Of a DNA stretch of 64,000 bases, positions 1 through 8,417 are shown piece after piece (position 1 is the first letter of the stretch; each line of letters starts with the position of its first letter). The position numbers and the translations under genes are program-made. Location: the IMG/VR virus record IMGVR_UViG_3300030098_005893, positions 1 through 64,000 of that record, one strand, 5' to 3'. The notes beneath the pieces were generated by a model that was given only the letters and a program-made list of their open reading frames with translations, did not search any database and was not told the origin of the DNA. The DNA is from an uncultured virus (IMG/VR IMGVR_UViG_3300030098_005893). Its lineage: Duplodnaviria > Heunggongvirae > Uroviricota > Caudoviricetes.

Positions 1-262
1 AGGGAAGAAAGCAGCAGCAGCAGCCGCCGCCAGCGCAAATAAGGCGCGGAATATGGCTAAGGAGTGGGCTGAAGCGCCAATCGAGGGAGGCAACGACCCC
101 CGGCTTCGCCCTCCAGTGGAGAATGCGGGGCCCAAAACCAAGGCTGTTCGTCGCCGCCGTAAAACCTCATACACGCCTCCTGCTGAGACCCTAGTGCCTG
201 CGTGGAAAAAGCGTGAGGCTAGGCGAGACCGGATGGCTGAGAATAGACGTCGGAGTTACTAG
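1..262 (+). CDS. Basic low-complexity hypothetical protein, 5'-truncated by the window edge
   Basis: The frame of ORF 53..262 is open back to position 2 (GKKAAAAAAASANKARNM...). K/R/A-rich; contains PPVENAG. Confidence 0.5.
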   Translation, partial: GKKAAAAAAASANKARNMAKEWAEAPIEGGNDPRLRPPVENAGPKTKAVRRRRKTSYTPPAETLVPAWKKREARRDRMAENRRRSY

Positions 263-263
263 G

Positions 264-530
264 GTGTCAAATCAACGGAAAGGAAAGGCGGCTCCACCCG
301 GCGTGTATGGCTTCGCCCCCAGACGCGGGAGACCCCTAGGGCGCCGCAAACGACCGATCAATGAGGCGGCGCGGGGGGCGGCGCGGGAGGCAGCGGAGGA
401 GGCACTTGATGAGTTCCGGCCTAAGGGGCTGAAGCCAAATATTGCTGAAGCCTTGGATGCCGCCAAGAAGGGTCTCAAGAAGGGGGTGGCCAAGCCTCCC
501 GTGGAAAACACGGGACCAAGGAGGAAATAA
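264..530 (+). CDS. Small basic hypothetical protein
   Basis: GTG at 264 immediately follows the previous stop. Ends ...PPVENTGPRRK; its stop overlaps the next ATG (TAATG). Confidence 0.5.
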   Translation: MSNQRKGKAAPPGVYGFAPRRGRPLGRRKRPINEAARGAAREAAEEALDEFRPKGLKPNIAEALDAAKKGLKKGVAKPPVENTGPRRK

Positions 531-796
531 TGCCAAAGCTAGGACAATTTAAGCCCGGGGCAAAGGCTGATTCGATAAGGCAAAGGTCCTACAATTCCCG
601 TCCTGAGCAAAAGAAGCGCAGGGGCCAGAGAAATGGAGCGAGAAGAGCCGCTATAAGGATTCACGGGAAGCGTTCCCTCCGGGGTAAAGAGGTCGATCAT
701 GTCGGAGCCAGCACAACAGGTAGCTTGGATAACTCCAAGACAAGGATCATTAGCAAAAGACTCAACAGGTCACTGGGCGGCAAGAAGTCCAAATAG
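530..796 (+). CDS. Small HNH-like phage protein
   Basis: YNSRPEQKKRR..RN.ARR...GKEVDH...N..RII...NR pattern, typical of small phage HNH-like proteins. Confidence 0.6.
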   Translation: MPKLGQFKPGAKADSIRQRSYNSRPEQKKRRGQRNGARRAAIRIHGKRSLRGKEVDHVGASTTGSLDNSKTRIISKRLNRSLGGKKSK

Positions 797-817
797 TTCT
801 TAGCAGGACTGGCATTA

Positions 818-858
818 AGAAGCCCCGGCCCCCATTCGTGGGAGTCGGGGCCTCTTTA
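818..858. terminator. Intrinsic terminator between convergent genes
   Basis: GC stem gaagccccggc...gtcggggcctc followed by ttt, located at the +/- convergence point. Confidence 0.55.
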
Positions 859-924
859 TAAGGGGTGGGGGAGGATTGACTCTTGCTGAAACACGCAATC
901 GACCCCCTGCTGTCCAAGTTGAAG

Positions 925-1344
925 CTATTTAGAATGTTGCAATTCCGCAAGCTCTACTTGGAAGAGTTCGATGATCGTTTCTTCTTCCCGAAAATGCCTG
1001 ACACGTTCTGCAACTGCGAGGACTTCAAGATGTTCGGGGGAATCATCTTCAAACATTCCGATTTGTCGAAGTCCGTCCAGATAGTGCTTTGAGGCGGCTC
1101 CCAATCCATCGTAGTCGCGGGATCGGACGGTTCTGACGGTAACGATTGCAATAGTGCGGCATACTGGCTTTGCCTTGCTTTGAATTCTTTTCCTACGCTT
1201 CGGTTTGTCTTTAGCAGGTTTAGGGTCGGCCCCACCTGTGGTATCACCACATGCGCTACCTTTTTTGCGCCAGACTCCATCAGGGCCCTTCTCAAAACCT
1301 TTGCTGTGTAAGAGATCATACGCCTCCTCCCTGCTTCCTTTCAT
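925..1344 (-). CDS. RusA-like Holliday junction resolvase
   Basis: DYDGLGAASKHYLDGL...G..EDDS matches the RusA DxDN..K...D..DD pattern. ATG 1344 preferred over TTG 1434. Confidence 0.6.
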   Translation of the reverse strand: MKGSREEAYDLLHSKGFEKGPDGVWRKKGSACGDTTGGADPKPAKDKPKRRKRIQSKAKPVCRTIAIVTVRTVRSRDYDGLGAASKHYLDGLRQIGMFEDDSPEHLEVLAVAERVRHFREEETIIELFQVELAELQHSK

Positions 1345-1744
1345 TTGAGGGGACCTTTCTTTTTTCCCTGTTGTAAAGAGGCACAATTGACCTGCGACCG
1401 TGCTTTGTTTTCTGTAGATACCCTTTTCTTTCAAGGGCGGCTACGACATTGCTGGCAGAGTTCGTCCAGTGCCACCCCATATGATTCATGATCTCCCTGA
1501 GGGTGGGAGATGCCCCGTTGCTTATGTAGTTGTGGACAATAAAGCATAGAGACGCATCTTGCGTTGATGTCAAATCCGGAAGCATGATGTTCATCTCGTC
1601 TTCAGGAAGATGATCCACCATGTATTGCGTGAGCAGCTTGTCGCAATTTTCAATCGTCTTTTCTGCTGCGGACCTTTGTTGCAAAACAAACTTTACTGCT
1701 GGATTGTTTTGAATATCTGCTGGGACGTTGGGTGACTTATTCAT
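1316..1744 (-). CDS. LexA-type winged-HTH DNA-binding protein without the peptidase domain
   Basis: SPTLREIMNHMGW...SASNVVAALERKGYL...RRSI is the LexA N-terminal domain signature. ATG 1744 follows the DnaB stop. Confidence 0.7.
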   Translation of the reverse strand: MNKSPNVPADIQNNPAVKFVLQQRSAAEKTIENCDKLLTQYMVDHLPEDEMNIMLPDLTSTQDASLCFIVHNYISNGASPTLREIMNHMGWHWTNSASNVVAALERKGYLQKTKHGRRSIVPLYNREKRKVPSNERKQGGGV

Positions 1745-1746
1745 TT

Positions 1747-3072
1747 CTAGGCAGCAATTAGAGATTCCCTGAATGACGTTGTGTCGTTTGCAAAAGAAAG
1801 CAAAACTTCCCCGCAAGCCCCGCTTCTATTTTTGGCCACGATGGCATGGGCCTCGCTTGCGTTTTTGCTCATGTCTCGATGCAGTAGAATCACACAATCA
1901 GCGTCCTGCTCTAGGTCACCGGATTCCTTCAGGCTTTCCAAGTTGGGCTTAGGTATCTCCGTAGATCCACTGCTGCTGTTATAGGCGTTTCCGGTTCTCC
2001 GGAGCTGGGCCAACGCTATGACCGGGACACCAAGCTCCTTGGACATAGCTTTGAGGGCTCCGCTAACCTCTCCGACCTCCTCCCTTTTGGACATCCTGCT
2101 CTTGGGCTCGACCCCTTTAACTAGCTGAATGTAATCAACTATGACGCATCCAACCCCGTCTTTAGATACGGCTCGTCGGGCACGAGACCGCAAAAGGTCA
2201 ATGTTGATCCTATCTGTGTCGTCAATCCATACGGGCCAGTCTTTCATTGCTTTGATCCCGTGCCTCAGGTCGTCCAGCTCTGATTTTATCAAGGCCCCTT
2301 GCAGGGACTTGGTGGGGTTTACTCCTGAAAGGGTTGCAAGAAGCCTTTGCTTTAATTGCAAATCGGACATCTCGCAGGAAAAGAATATCGACCCGATTCC
2401 TTGCTTTGCAAGGTTGACGACAATGTCTCCAGCAAAGGCGGTTTTGCCAACGCTTGGCCTTGCTCCGATCAGATATAGCTTGGAAGATTGCAGGCCGTCC
2501 ACCAGACCCTCAAGTTTGTGAAAGCCAAAAGGAGTTCCTTTTATCTGGTTGGGGTTCTTGGCCCTCCAAGCGATGTCTTCTACTAGGTCGTTTAGGTCCC
2601 CGATGTGAGACACCCCTCCCGACAGGGTCTTCCCTTGGAGAATGGCCCGAGATCGGCTTGTAGCGGCCTCTAGGGCCTCAATGGGGGTCAGAGCTGGATC
2701 TTTCCCCTCGGTGGCGTCAGAAAAGGCCTGAGAGGCTGCTGTGGCGACCTCCCTCCGGGCCGCGACCTCTCTCAGGGCTGTGGCCAGCTTTCGAGAGCTT
2801 ACAGGGGGGATTATTGGGGCCAGCTTGCCAAAAAGGTCACGGACTCTTTCCGGGGACCCGTGGACCCTTAGCGCCTCATCTGTCAAGGGCTCTCCTTGGG
2901 AGGCCAAATCGTAGAGGGCTTCAGCAAGCTCCTTTCTCTCTGCGGTCAGGGAGTCGATAACATCGTGTTCCTCGGAAAGAATTTTAGGGTTATTGCAAAT
3001 GTGACTTATGAACCCCTCCTCGGATTGCAGGTCGTAAAGGGTGTCTCTGGCTTTCTTCTTTGTGCTGCTCAT
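1747..3072 (-). CDS. dnaB: Replicative DNA helicase (DnaB family)
   Basis: Motifs GARPSVGKT, FSCEM, IVDYIQL, LAQLRR, LKESGDLEQDAD, VAKNRSG. Confidence 0.95.
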   Translation of the reverse strand: MSSTKKKARDTLYDLQSEEGFISHICNNPKILSEEHDVIDSLTAERKELAEALYDLASQGEPLTDEALRVHGSPERVRDLFGKLAPIIPPVSSRKLATALREVAARREVATAASQAFSDATEGKDPALTPIEALEAATSRSRAILQGKTLSGGVSHIGDLNDLVEDIAWRAKNPNQIKGTPFGFHKLEGLVDGLQSSKLYLIGARPSVGKTAFAGDIVVNLAKQGIGSIFFSCEMSDLQLKQRLLATLSGVNPTKSLQGALIKSELDDLRHGIKAMKDWPVWIDDTDRINIDLLRSRARRAVSKDGVGCVIVDYIQLVKGVEPKSRMSKREEVGEVSGALKAMSKELGVPVIALAQLRRTGNAYNSSSGSTEIPKPNLESLKESGDLEQDADCVILLHRDMSKNASEAHAIVAKNRSGACGEVLLSFANDTTSFRESLIAA

Positions 3073-4127
3073 TGTTGTTGTTGTTGTTTTTCAATTCTTG
3101 ATCGGGCTGTAACTGTCAGCCCGTCCCCCCTTGGTATTTTTCCCAAAGGGTCTTCTGGAAGCCTCTGCCTTCTGATTAGCTCTGCCTCAATGTTGTAAAT
3201 CCAAGTTGCAACATCCTTGGACGGGATGTTGTTTTCCTTGTAAAAGGATTGAACCCCTCCGGATGCATATGCTGCATTTCGTATCCTGTAATAGGAAATT
3301 AGCCGCTCTTGCAGGGCCGCGACCCCTTCGTTTCTTATTCTTTCAACACCAAAGTGTTCCTGTAGCTCCTTCATGCACGAGACAAACCTCTCCCTGCTCC
3401 ACGAGTCGGGCTTTTCCGAAACAGCTACAAGCATTGCGTCCCTAGCGTTGTTAAATTGTATTTTGTCGCCCGGGTCTTCCGGTTGGGAAAAAAGAGCAGC
3501 CTCGGTCAAATACGTGTGAGGTATTGGCAACTGCCTGATGGGAGCGGGAATCTTTTGAACAACTATGGGCCACTTGGCCAACGTCTTGGTAGTCCACTTG
3601 ACCCCGTTCTCTCTTTTGAGAAGCCCAAGCTCCTCAATCGCCTCCTCGATAGACAGGTCCCTTGTGTCCCGGGCCATGTAGTCCAAGATGATTTCGCCTA
3701 TCCACAAAAGAATTTCCTTATTCTGCCTGTTCTGGGCCTCAACAAGCCAAGCTAGGTTGTCGCAAACATTTTTTAGATCCGATTTTGCAATGTTAGCCCC
3801 AAGCTCCAGTTGACCCGTGTTCTCGTCTACGGAAGCGTTGCTTGAGGACTTGGCCACATATGAGTTCATCTGGGAGAAAAACTGTTGCAGCCATTCTGGC
3901 CTAGAATGCGAGAGAGTGGCTCTCATGGATGCAACGAAGTTCGTGCTGGCAAGGTCTATCACGCTGTCGTCGTCTTCCGCGTCTCGATCCATGTATAGCT
4001 TCTTCTGCTCAAGATCGAAGGCGAGGGGCTGGTCTGCTGGCGCGTTAGAGAGTTTGAAATATGTGTCCATTGCTTTCTTTGGGCTCCCCGGCGGCAGCAG
4101 AGGGATTGCCACCACCGGGGTTACCAT
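3069..4127 (-). CDS. Hypothetical protein (352 aa)
   Basis: Long ORF, 4-bp overlap with dnaB; no motif recognised. Confidence 0.75.
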   Translation of the reverse strand: MVTPVVAIPLLPPGSPKKAMDTYFKLSNAPADQPLAFDLEQKKLYMDRDAEDDDSVIDLASTNFVASMRATLSHSRPEWLQQFFSQMNSYVAKSSSNASVDENTGQLELGANIAKSDLKNVCDNLAWLVEAQNRQNKEILLWIGEIILDYMARDTRDLSIEEAIEELGLLKRENGVKWTTKTLAKWPIVVQKIPAPIRQLPIPHTYLTEAALFSQPEDPGDKIQFNNARDAMLVAVSEKPDSWSRERFVSCMKELQEHFGVERIRNEGVAALQERLISYYRIRNAAYASGGVQSFYKENNIPSKDVATWIYNIEAELIRRQRLPEDPLGKIPRGDGLTVTARSRIEKQQQQQ

Positions 4128-4140
4128 TGTCTGTTGCTAT

Positions 4141-5124
4141 TTATCCGTTGCGTCCCGCCTGCTCGGTTACTTGTTCCCTCCAATACAGGGGGGCCCCAAC
4201 GAAGAATTTCTCCACACAGTCTCCCATCTTCTCCTTGTGGTGGTCATAAACCGCATTCACAGCATCGTCATCTGCGTTGGCGGTAGACCTCAGCTCGTCG
4301 TAAGCCGCATCCCACAAACCCCTCTCGTCCATTAGGCGATCAAGGTCCGCAAGAACCTCTTGGGCTTTGGGGCTCAGGTTTTCATCCTCTTCCAGCTTGG
4401 CGTGACCCTTCATGCAACGCTGGATAAGGATTGCGTCATCCATTTCTGGAGACTCCTTTTTTCTCTTGGGAGAAGCCTTTGGTTTCTCGGTCTCCCCTAT
4501 GGTGTGAAGGTGGTGTTTTGCATGCAAAAACAGATTTGTTGCAATGACCCTGTGGTTTTCCGGGGTTTGTAGCTCGGGCCTTTCTTCCAGCAACTCATCT
4601 ACCCTGTCTAAGCAGATAGCAAACCCTCTGGCAGCAAGATCAATGCTTTCATCAAACGCGCTACCCCCGGGGTTGGACGTATGGGCTGGGGGGTGGCTGG
4701 CTGCTTTAATTGCAATAGGCTTGTCCTCCTCGCTGTTCGTCGCCTTTACCCCGGGATCTCCCCCCGGAGGGAGGACGCGCATGGTCGCCTCAGGATAGAC
4801 CTTTACCACTATGGTAGGATATTGGCTCCCCTCTTTTTGCCACCTATTTACCACAAGGCCGCGCTTCTCGCCCTTGTCGTTGGTGCCAGCGGTGAGAACG
4901 ATCTCCTGCCCTTCGATTGCATCCAGAATGTGCATGGGTGCCTTCATGAGGGTGATCATGAGCTTGGTCCCGTCTTCGTCGCGGAGCAAGATGGACTGCC
5001 TGTGCTGCTGCCACTTGAGATCGTTGTCGGTTTGGGTCAGGGGAGGATACTGCTTGTCAACGGTCCCGCGAAGGGAGTCAACTGCGGTTTTGTCTGTGCT
5101 TTCCTTGATGTCTGCTAGGTTCAT
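4141..5124 (-). CDS. Hypothetical replication/recombination protein, possible N-terminal OB fold
   Basis: ATG 5124 overlaps the exonuclease stop. Beta-rich N-terminus (QSILLRDEDGTKLMITL); fold is a guess. Confidence 0.6.
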   Translation of the reverse strand: MNLADIKESTDKTAVDSLRGTVDKQYPPLTQTDNDLKWQQHRQSILLRDEDGTKLMITLMKAPMHILDAIEGQEIVLTAGTNDKGEKRGLVVNRWQKEGSQYPTIVVKVYPEATMRVLPPGGDPGVKATNSEEDKPIAIKAASHPPAHTSNPGGSAFDESIDLAARGFAICLDRVDELLEERPELQTPENHRVIATNLFLHAKHHLHTIGETEKPKASPKRKKESPEMDDAILIQRCMKGHAKLEEDENLSPKAQEVLADLDRLMDERGLWDAAYDELRSTANADDDAVNAVYDHHKEKMGDCVEKFFVGAPLYWREQVTEQAGRNG

Positions 5125-6113
5125 GCTTCTGGCTTGTTGTTGTTGTTTGTCTCTGTAAGAGGGTTGTAGTTCTTCATCCAAGTCCACACCTTGTGAAGGC
5201 AGGTAAACGCTTCCCACGCCTTGTCCACATCGTCCTTGTGATGGATAACAAGCTCGGAGGACCACACCCCGTTTTCCCCCGCGTTGGGAGAGGTGTTAAG
5301 CAAGAGGTTTGCAACGGGGACCTTGGAGGTGTTCCAGTTGTCCATATCCAAACCAACTGTCTTGGGAATCGCGTTAAGGTATGCGGCTAGTTGCAAAAGG
5401 TCCGTTTCGTAGATCGGGGCCTTTTTCGCCTCGGACCCACGGGACTTAATATCAACCACGGCGAGCTGATGTTTCCCTTCAGTGTATCCGTATCCGGCTG
5501 CGTTGAGCATCTCTTGCACTCTCTCAACTCCGGTGTCCAGCCACACCAAGGCATCACAAGTCCCTGCGAAGCCCATGTTGTGAGCGACATAAAACTCCGA
5601 AAACTCCTTATCTGTCTTCCTTTTTGCCGGGGTGAGGCCGTTGATCACGTTGACCATGGGCTCGCAGATGGAGAGAAGGTTCCTGCCCTCAACAACCTCA
5701 AAGGCTAAAGACCCGGGGTCTTCCCCCGTCAGTATTTTGGCGGCGTATTCGTGAATACTGCTACCAAGTCGAGCAGCAGAACTTGCGTGTTCCTTTGAGT
5801 CGCCCACTATTCTGCGAGCAAACTCGTCTTCGCTTTCCCCATCAATGCGGGGCAAGGTCAAAGATGCGAGAATGGCCTGATTGATCTTGTAGGCCTCAAG
5901 GAATTCCTTGTGGAGGATTGAGAGGACGTTTGTAACAGAGGGGAAGGCCCCCACCTTTCTGGCGTCTCTCAGGGTTGTCTTCCGGGTTTCTCCGTCTTTT
6001 CCTCGCTTCCCCGCGTAGGGGACAGAGTGAAAAGCGGTGACCTTTTTGTCGTCCACCTTATACCAGTGGCTCGCGCTGTTAGGCCTTACTATGTTGGTTG
6101 TTGTTTTGCTCAT
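5121..6113 (-). CDS. PD-(D/E)XK exonuclease
   Basis: Motifs PSVTNVL, GSSIHE, FAGTCDAL, VVDIKS, LQLAAY. Confidence 0.85.
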   Translation of the reverse strand: MSKTTTNIVRPNSASHWYKVDDKKVTAFHSVPYAGKRGKDGETRKTTLRDARKVGAFPSVTNVLSILHKEFLEAYKINQAILASLTLPRIDGESEDEFARRIVGDSKEHASSAARLGSSIHEYAAKILTGEDPGSLAFEVVEGRNLLSICEPMVNVINGLTPAKRKTDKEFSEFYVAHNMGFAGTCDALVWLDTGVERVQEMLNAAGYGYTEGKHQLAVVDIKSRGSEAKKAPIYETDLLQLAAYLNAIPKTVGLDMDNWNTSKVPVANLLLNTSPNAGENGVWSSELVIHHKDDVDKAWEAFTCLHKVWTWMKNYNPLTETNNNNKPEA

Positions 6114-7186
6114 AATGGTTGTTTAGTCGATGTAGTTTCTGTGGTGATTCTGTCAAGCTCTTGATTGGCGTAACGCGCAAATCGTGTGGGCCATTTTACG
6201 AGGCAGTCCCCGATATCCATTCCGTCTGGCACGTTGCTGCCGACCCCTTCGTGAACTTTGGAGTTTGTGGCGTGAGTTGCAACATGCTCTTGCAATTTCA
6301 CTGTGGCTTTCCGCCCAGCCTCGTCGCTATCCATCCAGACGCCGATATCTTTGTAGCTGCAAGAGTAGTGAATGACTTTGGGGCTGGGGAGTATTCCTGC
6401 TCCTGTTACGCCCAAGGCGGGTATGGACATGCTTAGAAGAGACAGGGTGTCTGATTCTCCCTCGGTGAGGATTGCGGCACACCCAGACCCGTGGAGCATT
6501 AGTTGCTCTCCAAACAAATGCTCTTGCGCTTTCCCGTGCCACCACACGGTTTTATGAGACGAGTCAGATGCAAGCCTCAGTTTGCAAGCCTTCCCGAAAT
6601 GACTGTTCTCAAACATCCAAGCAATTGCCGGGCGTCCCAAGCTCTTGTCGTCAAGGACTCCGACCAGACCGTGCCTTATCATTGCTTCAATAAACTCCTT
6701 GGTGAGGTTCTTGCTCTCACAGAACTTGGACAAAATGCTTTCCGGGTCTCTCAGGGACATGTGGGCGGCGTCTTGCATTTCTGCTACGCGGCCATCGGTA
6801 TAATCACCCAGCATGTCCTTCATCTTGGATGACCCCCCTCCGGAGGGAGAGAGACGGGATCTTGGGGCTGGGGGGACGGACAAATGCGGGGGGAGGTCTG
6901 ATGGTGCGAGACCCGCCAGTTTCCCGCATCCGACTATGGCCTCATGCGTGTTGCAACCAGCAAGCGTCTGGTAAAGACCAATCACATCAAAGCTATCATC
7001 CGTGCTGTGATCCTTGGCCATGGCCCCATCGGCAAAGATGGAGAAGCTGGGGTGGCGCTCGTCCCTAAGGGGGGATTTGATTGCTTTGCAAGTTTCCGGG
7101 CAGTCGTGCCCAAAGTGGTGCAGGACGTTCCAGATTTTGACGCGGTCCTTAATGTCCGCGATGTCGTAATGGCTTGGGGCGTTCAT
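6110..7186 (-). CDS. DNA primase (degenerate CHC2 zinc-binding domain plus TOPRIM)
   Basis: SPLRDERHPSFSIF N-terminal domain; TOPRIM motifs LTEGESD and MDSDEAG. Confidence 0.85.
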   Translation of the reverse strand: MNAPSHYDIADIKDRVKIWNVLHHFGHDCPETCKAIKSPLRDERHPSFSIFADGAMAKDHSTDDSFDVIGLYQTLAGCNTHEAIVGCGKLAGLAPSDLPPHLSVPPAPRSRLSPSGGGSSKMKDMLGDYTDGRVAEMQDAAHMSLRDPESILSKFCESKNLTKEFIEAMIRHGLVGVLDDKSLGRPAIAWMFENSHFGKACKLRLASDSSHKTVWWHGKAQEHLFGEQLMLHGSGCAAILTEGESDTLSLLSMSIPALGVTGAGILPSPKVIHYSCSYKDIGVWMDSDEAGRKATVKLQEHVATHATNSKVHEGVGSNVPDGMDIGDCLVKWPTRFARYANQELDRITTETTSTKQPL

Positions 7187-7530
7187 GGTGTGATCGTCGT
7201 GTTGAGATATACAGCCGTGGGCCTTCGGTGGCTCCCTTGTCGTTCTGATTTACGGAATGTTCCAGTCGTGGCGATAAATCCCTTGGCTACCAGCCTCCGC
7301 ATGATCGGCCCCATTGCTCGATTATCAGTGAATCCGTAGCGTGAGAGGTCCGGAAGGATGGTGTCTGACGAGACGAGTTCTGGCAGAGATGCGAGCGCGG
7401 CGATTGCGTCAGCCTCTGCCTCGTCGATGGGATCGGGAGAGTTTGCATCCTCCACCCTCTTGATTGCCACCTCGGCAGCGTGGGCCTCAGCATCAAATAG
7501 TGGCCCGAGATGTTTGTAGTTGTTGCTCAT
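7183..7530 (-). CDS. Hypothetical protein, possibly wHTH-like
   Basis: ATG 7530 is coupled to the HNH stop; contains RAMGPIMRRLVAKGFI. Confidence 0.55.
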   Translation of the reverse strand: MSNNYKHLGPLFDAEAHAAEVAIKRVEDANSPDPIDEAEADAIAALASLPELVSSDTILPDLSRYGFTDNRAMGPIMRRLVAKGFIATTGTFRKSERQGSHRRPTAVYLNTTITP

Positions 7531-7775
7531 GTTCTGTTTCTTCCTTTGATCAGGAGTTGTTGTTTTTCTGCCTCTTTTGGGTTGTCGTGGACCCATCGGT
7601 GGCAGAGCGGGTGCAGCCATATATAATGAAGCAGATCAGAGCCCCGACGACCACTCGGGTGGTGAGGCTCCATCTCTGCCTTTGGCGATCTCTCATTGCA
7701 CACCGCGCATAACTGAACGGGGTGGGCCTCTTGCTTGGATCGCCTGTATTCATCTTGCAAAGGGTTTTTGCTCAT
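7527..7775 (-). CDS. HNH endonuclease
   Basis: CAVC...HH..GR.G...LHPLCHRWVH. Confidence 0.75.
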   Translation of the reverse strand: MSKNPLQDEYRRSKQEAHPVQLCAVCNERSPKAEMEPHHPSGRRGSDLLHYIWLHPLCHRWVHDNPKEAEKQQLLIKGRNRT

Positions 7776-8185
7776 TAAAACGGAATCTCGTCATCGGGGT
7801 CAGAGTCAACCTCGACAGGATGCTCGTCCCCGGGGACCTGCGATGAGGAGGACTGCTTGTCCTGCTCCCAATACTTGTAGAACCCGTCCTTAACCCCGGA
7901 CCTGTCCTTTGGTTGGTGTCGGAAGAAAATGTCCCCAAGGGGCTTTTTCTTTTGCCCAAGGTCACACTGGGCTCCGCATTCGTTGCACTTGACATGCAAG
8001 TAGTCAAACTCGTCTGACCCGCCTGCCGTTCGGTGCATGAAGGAGAGGTTGTCGCTTCCACAGTGGCCGCATTTCTGCGGTAGCTGGGTGAATTGACTGG
8101 CTCTCTTGATCAGGTCAACTGGATCTGCGGCCTCGACAACGATGCTGCACTTATCCCCTATTCTTATGTTCGCTTTTAAGGACAT
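7775..8185 (-). CDS. Zn-ribbon protein with an SSB-like acidic C-terminus
   Basis: CGHC and CNEC pairs; ends DSDPDDEIPF. Confidence 0.65.
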   Translation of the reverse strand: MSLKANIRIGDKCSIVVEAADPVDLIKRASQFTQLPQKCGHCGSDNLSFMHRTAGGSDEFDYLHVKCNECGAQCDLGQKKKPLGDIFFRHQPKDRSGVKDGFYKYWEQDKQSSSSQVPGDEHPVEVDSDPDDEIPF

Positions 8186-8186
8186 A

Positions 8187-8417
8187 CTATTTTTTTCTGT
8201 CTGGTTTGTGGTTGTGGGATAGCGGTTTGCTATCCCAAATCTTTGATGAGTTGGTGACCAGAAGTTCGATCTCTTGCACCAATTTAACCTCGTCGCGGCA
8301 ATCGCCCCTGCTTGCAAGTTTCTCTCGCAGTTTTTTCAGCTCTCCTTGGAGGACCACATCTGATGCTTTTCGTTGCATTGCTGGGAGCCACTTTCCTACG
8401 TTTATTATTTTGCCCAT
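8187..8417 (-). CDS. Hypothetical protein (76 aa)
   Basis: Fills the gap between co-oriented genes. Confidence 0.5.
   Translation of the reverse strand: MGKIINVGKWLPAMQRKASDVVLQGELKKLREKLASRGDCRDEVKLVQEIELLVTNSSKIWDSKPLSHNHKPDRKK

Noticed and set aside
213..263. Programmed frameshift joining the first two ORFs
   Set aside because: No slippery site; a GTG at 264 right after the stop explains two separate genes.
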